64,000 bases of DNA. It comes from a virus (lineage: Duplodnaviria; Caudoviricetes). Made by a program: the position numbers and the translations under genes. Every line of letters begins with the position of its first letter. The first letter of the stretch is position 1. This document shows, in pieces, positions 37,504-46,431 of the stretch. The stretch is from positions 1 through 64,000 of IMG/VR virus record IMGVR_UViG_3300011429_000087, one strand, 5' to 3'. Below the pieces are notes generated by a model, which worked only from the letters and a program-made list of their open reading frames with translations, ran no database searches and was not told the origin of the DNA.

Positions 37504-40500
37504 TGGCAAGAATTCAATTAGAAGGTATTCTAAGGCTTATAGATGTCGATATTAATCCGGCAATCTTTCAGAAGATTAGTCGTGCGGCCAGTACCTTGCC
37601 CGGAGCATTTAAACAGACCGGACAGGCGGTTGGACAAGCCAATAGTAATGTTCAGACTTTTAATGCCACTCTTGGCAAAACAAACCAGCAATTAAGTCTC
37701 GGTAATGCATTTGCTCAGAAATTCTTGCAGCGAATGGCTCAATTCGCCATCTTACTTCCTATCTTTGCGACTCTTAATAAGGCTATTCAGGGCGGCGTTA
37801 AATTTATATCTGAATTCGAATCAGAATTATTAAACATCGTTAGAATTGATCCGAAAGAGGCGGTCAACAGAATACAAGAAATTTCAGATGCCGCACTAGA
37901 TATTGGGGCTCGATTCGGCGTATCAGCGATCGAGGTCATTAAGAGCGTGAAGGTCTTCGTACAAGCCGGTGAAACAATCAGTTCTGCTCTTGACAAAGCT
38001 AAAGTGGCTGCGATTGCTACCCAAGTAAGTACATTGGATCTTGCACAGGCACAAGAATTACTCATCGGCGTGCAGAAGCAATTCGCAAGTTCTGCTCTTA
38101 GTAATATAGAAATCCTAGATAAGATTTCAAAGGTAGAAGACTTAACCGCGTCAGATGCCCAAGACATGGCCGACGCATTCGTGGCCGGCGGTAACGCCCT
38201 TGCGTTCGCCACTAAGGATTTCGATTATGCCATTGCGTCTATTGCAGCCTTAAGAGAACAAACTAGAAAAAGTGGCAAGGAACTTGGTACATTCGCAAAA
38301 ACTGTTATTCCAAGATTGTTTGCTGGTGGAGAAAGCAGAACAGCACTAGAACAATTGGGCGTAAGCGTTCAAGATCAGGCCGGAGAACTTCGTCCTTTTC
38401 AGGCCGTAGTTGAAGATACTGCTAAAGCATTTCATGGTTTGACAGAGGCGGAACAGGTCAATGCCGCCAAGACCATTGCTGGCGTTCGTCAATTCGAAAC
38501 ATTCTTAGCTCTTTTGAAATCAACCAATAGAGCGGCAGAAGTATATGCCGGATCATTAAATGCCGACGGAACGGCTGCTCGTAAATTACAGGTTGTACAA
38601 GAAAAACTGTCGTATCAAGTAGATCAGACGGTAGCTGAATTCCAGAAATTAGCTGTCGAACTAGGTAATGCCGGTGTGTTAGATTTCTTCAAAGATGCAT
38701 TAAAGGCCGCTCGTGGGTTTGCGATGGGATTAGAAGAGGCCGTTAAGATTGCTAAAACTTTGGGTGTGGCTATTGCCCCATTAATTGGGGTTGGTGCATT
38801 CAAGTTAGGACAGATCGCGTTCGGAGGGCGAGGCGGTGGACAAGGTACTACCGGCGGTGCTCAACAGGGCGGTGGTGGCAAATTCAATTTCGTTGGTTCG
38901 CCATCTGCTCAGGGTGGTGGCCCTCTAACGCGGGGCGTATCAGGCAAGGAATTCGCGGCTTTCCAGGCTGCCTCTATAGCGGCGGGATTGGCACTTAAAG
39001 GATTAGAAGTTGCATTTAAAGATGCGACTGGCACAATAGCCGAAGTTGGCAGTGCATTAAATAGCGTTTTAGGAGCCGCACAAACGGGATTTCAAGTAGC
39101 AGCCTTGTTGGGGCCAAAGGCTGGATTAATGGTTGGAACCTTCCAGCTTGTCATTGATGCAGTTGCTAAGATTACAGACGCGATCGACCAGAGAAAGAAG
39201 GATCTTGAACAGATCGGAGAAGATAATGCCCATCTTAAGGCTTCTAAAAATCTTGCCTTGGATGCCGCTGCTGGTGAAATATTGACTAAACCAATTCTTG
39301 ATGCTATGCAGAAAGCCCTCGTTAAGAGTGGCGGCGTTATTAATGATGCATTCTTTAAGACAATTAACACGGCAGTTAAACAAACTGTCGGTAATAAAGA
39401 ATTAGTAAAACAGGCTGGTTTAGGGCCAGAAACTAGCAAGGCCGATCTAACAGATGTATTAGCTAATCCACAATTCATCAAAAATATTGCTGCTGCAAAT
39501 CCTCAGTTTGAAAGACTCAACAAGGCTATCGAAGCCGGTATGAGTCTGTCTATGCAACAGACCGCCCTATTTAGAGACTTAGCTTCTGCTGGAGGAGCGG
39601 CAGATATAGCCGTTCGAGGACTAGTAGATACTCTAAAAGCGGTCAAAGAGCGAGATCAGTTGCGTCAGCAAGAGGCCGCCATTAATGAATTAATTTCTCA
39701 ACGAACTCAATTATTACGCACAGATGTTCCACTTTTTCAGACAGAAATAGAACAGTTACAGGAGCGTCAAAAGGCTCTTGGGAAATTCTTAGACGTTGCA
39801 TCTGCCGCCAGGAAAGACTTCGAAAATCTAGCCGCCACAAATCCAAGCGAACTAGGATTCGTTGGACAAAGTGCTCAGGCATCAGATGCCGCAAAGAATT
39901 TCTTGAGCCAAATTGAAACCGCCTTCAATAATGCCGGTAAAAATGGTAATTTTAATCTAACGAAAGTGATTGACGATATTGTTAAGAAAACGAATATAGA
40001 TACTACCTTTGGCGGTGAAGATCAGGTGCCCATAAGTGAAGCCGAGCAGACTAAGATGACGAAGGCCGCAATGGAATTCGTCTCTGTGCTTCAGAAGGGA
40101 CTTTCCGAGGATATCGAACGTGCTAAAGTTGATTTTGATTTAAGACAGGCTCTTGGTAAACAGGCCGCAGAATTAGTCAAGGTTCAAAAAGATATACAAG
40201 AGGCTACTAAGGGTGCCCTCGATAATGCAGAACTAGCCTTGATTAAACTTGGTGTTGACGCTAATTTAAGTGGTGAAGATATTGCCAATCTTGGTTCATT
40301 AACTACAGAGCAATTTAATGAAATCGTAAAGAGTGGCACCGGAGCCAACGAGTCCCTACAGAATCTCATTAATACATTTGCCGGGGATAATCTAAAACAG
40401 GCTCAACAGGCGGCACGCATATCTTCTGAAACTTTTGCTAAAGAATTAGATGTTCTTGATGAAAAAATTCAGGCCGTATCTAATACTATTGCAAATACTC

Positions 40501-42554
40501 AGGGAGGAGTCAATCAGGATACGGGTAAGACAAGAATTCAGTTGGAAGAAGAATTGGGGCAACTCCAAGTACAACGAATCTCAAAGGTTAAAGAAGCTGA
40601 AGCCGCCGGTATTCATGATACTCTTGCTCTATTAAAGGCTCAGTCTGAAGCCGAAAAAGAAGCCGCTCAAAAGGCTAAGGAACTTGCTAAAGCATTAGAC
40701 GATCTAGCTGCTGCTCAATTTGCTCTAAAGAATGGGGTGCATGATACTATCCGTTCATTCAATGAATTTAGTGCCGGTAAACTTAAAGACGAACTTGACA
40801 AAGATGCTAATGCACAACAAACATTAAAATCTGCACAACAGGACGTTTTATCTTCAACAGGTAATTTGAGTGATGCTTATAGATCATTTATCTCATCAAT
40901 CTTAGACTTCAATGACGCCCTCGCGTCCGCACGCATAGAAGCTGGTATGATGGGTATTCAAATCAAGACTCTTGACGGTGGATTAAGTACTGTTTCTGGA
41001 CGTATTAGTGCTCTTAATCAAGTATTCAATTCAACTCTAAAAGATGCCAATATATCTCTAAAGGAAAGAATTGGTCTTGAAAAACAATTAGCTCAGGATA
41101 CTTTGACGTTTTTACAGAACGCACAGAATGAAATTACTAATGCAGGCATTGAGGTGTTTGGACAATCTCCACAACAGAATGCAGAATTACAGCAAGGCAT
41201 CCAGGGACTACAATTCGTTGCCGAGAAACTGGGCGGATCTTTCGATAAATTCAGCAAATTTAATCCGCAACAGTTTGACCAAGTAAGCAAAGAATTGCTA
41301 TCGCTACCAACACAATTTAGACAGCAAATCTTAGACGCCTTACGCACTCTTCCGAGCACAACCCAAGTCGGCGGTTTCAGCCCCGAACAACTACAGAATG
41401 CTCTTGGACAGATTGGTGCGGGAGTGAATGAACAAGTTGGTTTACCAGCTATTGCTGATCTTATTACTCAAGAAAAAGAACAATTAACAAAGATGCAGGA
41501 TTTAGCAGTTAGAGATGCTGAACTTCAAATTTCTCAGGTCGTCGCGGCTGATCAAGCCGTTGAAGACGCCAAGGCACAACTTGAACAGGCAAAAATCAAT
41601 GCCGATCGGGCCGCAGAAGATATTCTAAGCGTGCGTGATGAAATTTTTGCAACTAATGATGCATTATCTGCTGCTGCGGATCAAAGAGAGAAGTTAACTG
41701 CTGAACTATTAAAGGCGACAGATAACGAAACTATTCGCCAAATAGAAGCACAGGCTAGAGAGTTCGCCAATCAGATTCCTTTATTCACAGACATTTCTGA
41801 CAAACTATTAGATGTTGTGAGTGCGATAGGCGGCTTACAGGCGGGCGTATTTAATGCTGCTGCGGCCGTTCCGACAGGGGCAAAGGGATATATTCCTAAC
41901 TTTGCTGGTGGAAATCTTTCTCCAAGAGAAGCGTTTGGTGTATTAAGAGCGGCAGCCCGAGAGAAGAGAATGATGCCTCCTGGTGCCGGATTAGCTGTTG
42001 CAAATACTAGCGAAGCAATTATTCCAAGTAAATTTGCCGGTCATATACCTAACTTTGCAGAAGGTGGCGGGGCTAGTGCTATAGCAAGTAGTATACAGGC
42101 TATTAATGGCACAAATGCCGCCGTAGTTGCCGCTATTACAAATTCTATTACAAATCTTATCAATCAAATTAATACAAATAATACGAATCAAGATATTGAT
42201 AGACAAACTCTAGATAAATTAGATAGTATCTTATCTACTTTACAGGAAATCTCTGTTTCAAATACGACAATTAGTGATACTGTTACAACGAATACTGCGA
42301 CAACTCCGGCGGCCGGGTCAACTGCTGCGTCTGCTGTTGCGGCACCAACGGCAATTAATGTTACCGTTAATGGAAAGAATACAGTTACAGTAACAGGATT
42401 AGAAAATCTTGCATCTGCTCTAAAGGAAGGAATTCGCAGAGCCCAAGAAGAACAGGCCGATCGAGTGTTGGAGCCGGTGAACAGTGCTGTTCAGTCTATC
42501 TTTCAGGTTCTAAGAGAACGCAATCTTATGACATCGTTTGGGCAAGGTCAATAA
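37503..42554 (+). CDS. Tape measure protein (TP901-like core)
   Basis: 1683 aa, Ala/Gln helical; SG.ELGT.AKT...R, L..LGV...D..GELRP motifs; two IPNFA repeats. Confidence 0.9.
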   Translation: MARIQLEGILRLIDVDINPAIFQKISRAASTLPGAFKQTGQAVGQANSNVQTFNATLGKTNQQLSLGNAFAQKFLQRMAQFAILLPIFATLNKAIQGGVKFISEFESELLNIVRIDPKEAVNRIQEISDAALDIGARFGVSAIEVIKSVKVFVQAGETISSALDKAKVAAIATQVSTLDLAQAQELLIGVQKQFASSALSNIEILDKISKVEDLTASDAQDMADAFVAGGNALAFATKDFDYAIASIAALREQTRKSGKELGTFAKTVIPRLFAGGESRTALEQLGVSVQDQAGELRPFQAVVEDTAKAFHGLTEAEQVNAAKTIAGVRQFETFLALLKSTNRAAEVYAGSLNADGTAARKLQVVQEKLSYQVDQTVAEFQKLAVELGNAGVLDFFKDALKAARGFAMGLEEAVKIAKTLGVAIAPLIGVGAFKLGQIAFGGRGGGQGTTGGAQQGGGGKFNFVGSPSAQGGGPLTRGVSGKEFAAFQAASIAAGLALKGLEVAFKDATGTIAEVGSALNSVLGAAQTGFQVAALLGPKAGLMVGTFQLVIDAVAKITDAIDQRKKDLEQIGEDNAHLKASKNLALDAAAGEILTKPILDAMQKALVKSGGVINDAFFKTINTAVKQTVGNKELVKQAGLGPETSKADLTDVLANPQFIKNIAAANPQFERLNKAIEAGMSLSMQQTALFRDLASAGGAADIAVRGLVDTLKAVKERDQLRQQEAAINELISQRTQLLRTDVPLFQTEIEQLQERQKALGKFLDVASAARKDFENLAATNPSELGFVGQSAQASDAAKNFLSQIETAFNNAGKNGNFNLTKVIDDIVKKTNIDTTFGGEDQVPISEAEQTKMTKAAMEFVSVLQKGLSEDIERAKVDFDLRQALGKQAAELVKVQKDIQEATKGALDNAELALIKLGVDANLSGEDIANLGSLTTEQFNEIVKSGTGANESLQNLINTFAGDNLKQAQQAARISSETFAKELDVLDEKIQAVSNTIANTQGGVNQDTGKTRIQLEEELGQLQVQRISKVKEAEAAGIHDTLALLKAQSEAEKEAAQKAKELAKALDDLAAAQFALKNGVHDTIRSFNEFSAGKLKDELDKDANAQQTLKSAQQDVLSSTGNLSDAYRSFISSILDFNDALASARIEAGMMGIQIKTLDGGLSTVSGRISALNQVFNSTLKDANISLKERIGLEKQLAQDTLTFLQNAQNEITNAGIEVFGQSPQQNAELQQGIQGLQFVAEKLGGSFDKFSKFNPQQFDQVSKELLSLPTQFRQQILDALRTLPSTTQVGGFSPEQLQNALGQIGAGVNEQVGLPAIADLITQEKEQLTKMQDLAVRDAELQISQVVAADQAVEDAKAQLEQAKINADRAAEDILSVRDEIFATNDALSAAADQREKLTAELLKATDNETIRQIEAQAREFANQIPLFTDISDKLLDVVSAIGGLQAGVFNAAAAVPTGAKGYIPNFAGGNLSPREAFGVLRAAAREKRMMPPGAGLAVANTSEAIIPSKFAGHIPNFAEGGGASAIASSIQAINGTNAAVVAAITNSITNLINQINTNNTNQDIDRQTLDKLDSILSTLQEISVSNTTISDTVTTNTATTPAAGSTAASAVAAPTAINVTVNGKNTVTVTGLENLASALKEGIRRAQEEQADRVLEPVNSAVQSIFQVLRERNLMTSFGQGQ

Positions 42555-42557
42555 TCA

Positions 42558-44054
42558 ATGAATAAATCAATCGTACCTAATGAGCCAAGACCAACCGTAG
42601 TGGTTAGCTACAACGGGATAGATATTACTCCGGCCCCCATTTTAACATGGAATACTGAGACAACTTTCGCAGACGATGGTACTCGTCAAAGCACAAGAAC
42701 TCGGGTTACGCTAGATAGCTCTATTCTTATTCTTCCGTCTGGCTCCTATGAGCAGATGTATCAAAAGCAGCAAGACTTACGTGATCTTTTTTCAGTAGAT
42801 TATAAGGATTTCGTTATTAGGGCTGGACCAGCCAATAAAACTTTGCCAAGCGGCACGGTGATCGCTTCTGGCCTCCGTCCAAAAGTTAATTCAGTTAATA
42901 TTGAACCAGATGTACATGTCACTCGATTTGATTATACCGTAGAACTAGAAGATACTATTAGTGTTTCTGGCGTTAGTGGAACGGTTCAAACCTTCTCAAA
43001 TCAATGGAGTTTTAAGGAAAATCAAAATAGTTGTACGCTTGATATTACTCATACGGTTAGTGCAGAAGGGCTAGATTCTGACCCTGACGCCTTTGCGAAC
43101 GCTCTTTTAAGAGTTAAGTCCAATTTAGGAATTGATAAGTTACCACTGGATCTACCGTATTTTACACAGCCAAATGCGTCCGGTGGATTCGGACTATTAC
43201 ATCCGTCAAATCCTTCTGGCGGTCCAGTTTTTGAAATTTCTGTATCCAGAGAAGAATCTGCTGACATAGCGAATGGCTCTTATTCTGCTACAGAAGTATT
43301 TACAATAGTCTCTGGAGTACCGTTCTACTTTACAGAAAGATCGGCTTCATATGCCGAAAATGAAGATGGCATATCCACCGTTACATTACAAGGTAAAGTT
43401 CAGGGGCTTGGTAGAACTCTCAGTCTTGGCTATCCAGATGGTGGCGTAGGATTCGAGCGAGCCCTTTCTGGTTTCGTTAATTATGTTCGACCCCAATGGC
43501 CCTGGGATGCTTCTGGTATTTATATTAAATACAAGACTCATCCAAGTGGTCTAATTTTAGATAATCCAACATCTATTTCGATTTCTGAAAATAAATGCCA
43601 GGGAACCATCGACTTCTCTGTTACTTTCTCCGATGATAGAAAACTCAATCTTCCAAGTGGAATTGCAACATTCATATCAAGCATTTCAAGAACAGATGGT
43701 ATTAGAGTTTTTGCATCTCATCCAATTCCATTTAGACGGCTTGGACCTCTTCTACAAGACATTCGTACTACTACAGAGGGTAGTATAGCTCTTGCGTGTC
43801 AAGCCACTGCCGAATATAGTGGGGATTCTAAGACCGATACAAATCGGGCAATTGCGGCAGTACAGGACGAACTCAACAGACTTCGAAAGATACATGCGAA
43901 TTCTGCAAATTTTATTACTTTACGAATTGGAAGCGTCGAACAACAGACTAGCGATCTTGATTTAACGGTACAGGCCACAGTTACTTTTATATTTACATTG
44001 GACATTGCAGATGTTATTTCTCCGACTGCCGACATTACATTAAGGACAGTTTAA
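42558..44054 (+). CDS. Tail/baseplate structural protein
   Basis: Beta-rich, immediately after the tape measure, SG-rich. Confidence 0.6.
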   Translation: MNKSIVPNEPRPTVVVSYNGIDITPAPILTWNTETTFADDGTRQSTRTRVTLDSSILILPSGSYEQMYQKQQDLRDLFSVDYKDFVIRAGPANKTLPSGTVIASGLRPKVNSVNIEPDVHVTRFDYTVELEDTISVSGVSGTVQTFSNQWSFKENQNSCTLDITHTVSAEGLDSDPDAFANALLRVKSNLGIDKLPLDLPYFTQPNASGGFGLLHPSNPSGGPVFEISVSREESADIANGSYSATEVFTIVSGVPFYFTERSASYAENEDGISTVTLQGKVQGLGRTLSLGYPDGGVGFERALSGFVNYVRPQWPWDASGIYIKYKTHPSGLILDNPTSISISENKCQGTIDFSVTFSDDRKLNLPSGIATFISSISRTDGIRVFASHPIPFRRLGPLLQDIRTTTEGSIALACQATAEYSGDSKTDTNRAIAAVQDELNRLRKIHANSANFITLRIGSVEQQTSDLDLTVQATVTFIFTLDIADVISPTADITLRTV

Positions 44055-44611
44055 TGGTTACATACCCAGTTTTGGAATGGTTAAATCATAGTACAACTAT
44101 AGACCCGTCTGGTCATAGACATGAACATAATCCAACTTTCGGATATTTTAAGAATGTCAATACGTTGGCGGGTGGAGAATTAGATTTCGGCTCGGTCAAT
44201 ATAGCCGTCTCTGGCCAAGTCAGTGATACCATGTTAGTATTTCCGAGAGTTTCAACTCTCGGTGATGCATCTGGCATATTTAATTTGAAGACATTTTTAG
44301 TTTCTATATCTGCTTGGGGCGTTGGTACATATAGATTCCTTGAAAGAAAAACGATCCATTTTAATAATGGATTAATATTAACTCAAGCAGATACGGATAC
44401 GCCGTCAGTTGTACCGAATACACCAAACTTTAAAGGCACATTGGCCCCTAACTGGACGAATGGTCAACCACATTTATCCGGCGTCTTGGATCAAGATGCG
44501 GGTCAATATATGTATATGGCAGTGTTTGTTGGAACAGATGTACCACCAGGAACATATGGTGGGCCAGGACTTGGATCATTTAGGATGCGTTTGATGTATG
44601 ATTTTAGTTAG
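44054..44611 (+). CDS. Virion structural protein (paralogue of 44981)
   Basis: Shared DQD..Q.MYM...V....P.GTYG..G.G..R....YD.S. Confidence 0.65.
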   Translation: MVTYPVLEWLNHSTTIDPSGHRHEHNPTFGYFKNVNTLAGGELDFGSVNIAVSGQVSDTMLVFPRVSTLGDASGIFNLKTFLVSISAWGVGTYRFLERKTIHFNNGLILTQADTDTPSVVPNTPNFKGTLAPNWTNGQPHLSGVLDQDAGQYMYMAVFVGTDVPPGTYGGPGLGSFRMRLMYDFS

Positions 44612-44613
44612 GC

Positions 44614-44790
44614 AAAAGTTAAAAAGAAGTGGCATTTGTTAAATGAACTGGCGGTTGGATTTCGGAAATTAAACAAAACAATCAACGTTTTCATCTTGGT
44701 TATTTTAAGACCGAAAAAGAGGCCGCTCTTGCATATAATATAAAAGCTAAAGAACTAGGTCTTTTAAATAGATGTTATCAAGTTCCATAA
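44614..44790 (+). pseudogene. Degraded AP2-domain remnant (HNH-AP2 homing endonuclease relic)
   Basis: Frame reads KS*KEVAFVK*TGGWISEIKQNNQRFHLGYFKTEKEAALAYNIKAKELG, with two in-frame stops. Confidence 0.7.
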
Positions 44791-44800
44791 GGAGAGTAGT

Positions 44801-44980
44801 ATGGATGTTCAACACGAAGACATTAAATTAAGTTTAGAATCAGAAAAACCACAATTGCCAGCATGGGTCAAACCAATTAAAATAGGCGAAAAAATCTTTC
44901 TCTTTAAATGGACATTTGCTGGTTGGAAACCACTATCCGAAACCGAAGAAACAGATATTAAATTAAGATTTGGAGTATAA
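44801..44980 (+). CDS. 59-aa hypothetical protein
   Basis: Not in ORF track; AAGGAG RBS; stop abuts the next ATG. Confidence 0.6.
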   Translation: MDVQHEDIKLSLESEKPQLPAWVKPIKIGEKIFLFKWTFAGWKPLSETEETDIKLRFGV

Positions 44981-45589
44981 ATGGTATTACCTGGGCCGCC
45001 CATAATTGAAATTTTTGAGTATGACACGACAGAGATTGCGTCGCCAATCGGTCAGCGGCATACCGAAGGGGGAGCCTTTGCCTTTATTCAGAGGGTATCT
45101 TTCGGATGCAAGACTTATACTGGTCCCGGCACATCCGGCACTTTAATGTTCCGCGATGTTAAATTTAATCCCGCCTCCCCCGTTTCTCACATAAACTCTA
45201 GAGTAGCGGCAATGACGCTCAGGATGGCCACCAGCGGGGCTAGACTGTCCGACATGAAGGTCTTCCTCAGTCAAGGATCTGCTTTAAGTGGCTCCAGAGA
45301 CGTTGGGCTAGACCCTGCTATTATCCAGTATGCCGCTAGTGGCATTTGGCAGCCTCATCCGATTTGGCCCTCTGGAATAACTAACCGACTACTTTCCGTT
45401 GTTCCGAGCACGCCCAATTTATTTAGACAAGATGGGGATAATAAAATAGATGGTCAAGGCGACCAAGATTCTTCACAGTTTATGTATATGAATTTAATTG
45501 TACCTTTTGGCTATCCTTTAGGTACTTATGGCGTATGCGGTTCTGGACTATTAAGAATCGGAATCGTATATGATTATAGTTTTGATTAG
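44981..45589 (+). CDS. Virion structural protein (paralogue of 44054)
   Basis: See 44054; six SG motifs. Confidence 0.65.
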   Translation: MVLPGPPIIEIFEYDTTEIASPIGQRHTEGGAFAFIQRVSFGCKTYTGPGTSGTLMFRDVKFNPASPVSHINSRVAAMTLRMATSGARLSDMKVFLSQGSALSGSRDVGLDPAIIQYAASGIWQPHPIWPSGITNRLLSVVPSTPNLFRQDGDNKIDGQGDQDSSQFMYMNLIVPFGYPLGTYGVCGSGLLRIGIVYDYSFD

Positions 45590-45595
45590 TGTATT
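45587..45595 (+). promoter_or_regulatory. TAGTGTATT putative late promoter (overlaps stop)
   Basis: Exact motif. Confidence 0.65.
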
Positions 45596-45639
45596 AAATT
45601 GATGACCGATCGTGGTCATCTTTTCAAAGGGAGATTAAA

Positions 45640-45825
45640 ATGGCAACGAAGAATTTTACAAGTTCAGCTAACCGAGCGAACGTGATCCTATGGAGTCATT
45701 CAACCAAGATTGAAACTCACACCGACCGTAAGACAAGTGCTCACGCATCGCACGCTGAAATTGCAGCAATCAATAACCTTGGTGTTGGTGTAACCGCGAC
45801 GAATCCATTTACTATTCTAGCATAA
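45640..45825 (+). CDS. 61-aa protein in its own promoter-terminator unit
   Basis: GGGAGA RBS; motif upstream; hairpin downstream. Confidence 0.75.
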   Translation: MATKNFTSSANRANVILWSHSTKIETHTDRKTSAHASHAEIAAINNLGVGVTATNPFTILA

Positions 45826-45861
45826 TAAGCTAGTTTAGTATCTTAAATAGTCTGTCCTTTG

Positions 45862-45889
45862 GGCCCGCACTCTATGCAGGGTGCGGGCC
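45862..45889 (+). terminator. Hairpin / terminator
   Basis: GGCCCGCAC...GTGCGGGCC; followed by a TAGTGTAAT motif variant at 45899. Confidence 0.6.
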
Positions 45890-45957
45890 TAATTCTATTA
45901 GTGTAATTTTGTAATGGGCGTGGCACTTTGTCTAGCCCGGGTGATAGGGACAGTAAA

Positions 45958-46431
45958 ATGGCTAGTTACATCTTCGAACACGAAGGGAATCGTGGTTTAT
46001 TAAAACTAACGACCCATAATGGCAAAGATATTTTAATTGAATGCCATAAGAACGACCACCAGATTTTTAAAATCGGTGGTACTGCCGCAGATGCCGTTTT
46101 AACTTTTCCAGGACTTATCCTCGGTATCTCTGAGGACCGTCAGTCCGCTACGCTACAAAGTAGTCAAAATACATCCATGTTATTTGATGGTAAATTATAT
46201 GACCCAAATCTAGTCATGGGTGATATGGCTTTTGCTATTGAATACTATGATGTTAATATGGAGGGCAAGCCCCCCTCTTGGTTAATTGTCCCCGCACCAA
46301 TCGAGCAATCTCGTATTCTGTTCATTAATATTGAATGCGTCGATGCCGGTCATAATTTATCTAGACGTTATCGTGTTAGTCCATTTACTGGCGAATGCCG
46401 TATGATGGAGTTTAATAATGGCACTGAATAA
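45958..46431 (+). CDS. Hypothetical protein
   Basis: ORF overlapping the start of the large tail protein. Confidence 0.6.
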   Translation: MASYIFEHEGNRGLLKLTTHNGKDILIECHKNDHQIFKIGGTAADAVLTFPGLILGISEDRQSATLQSSQNTSMLFDGKLYDPNLVMGDMAFAIEYYDVNMEGKPPSWLIVPAPIEQSRILFINIECVDAGHNLSRRYRVSPFTGECRMMEFNNGTE

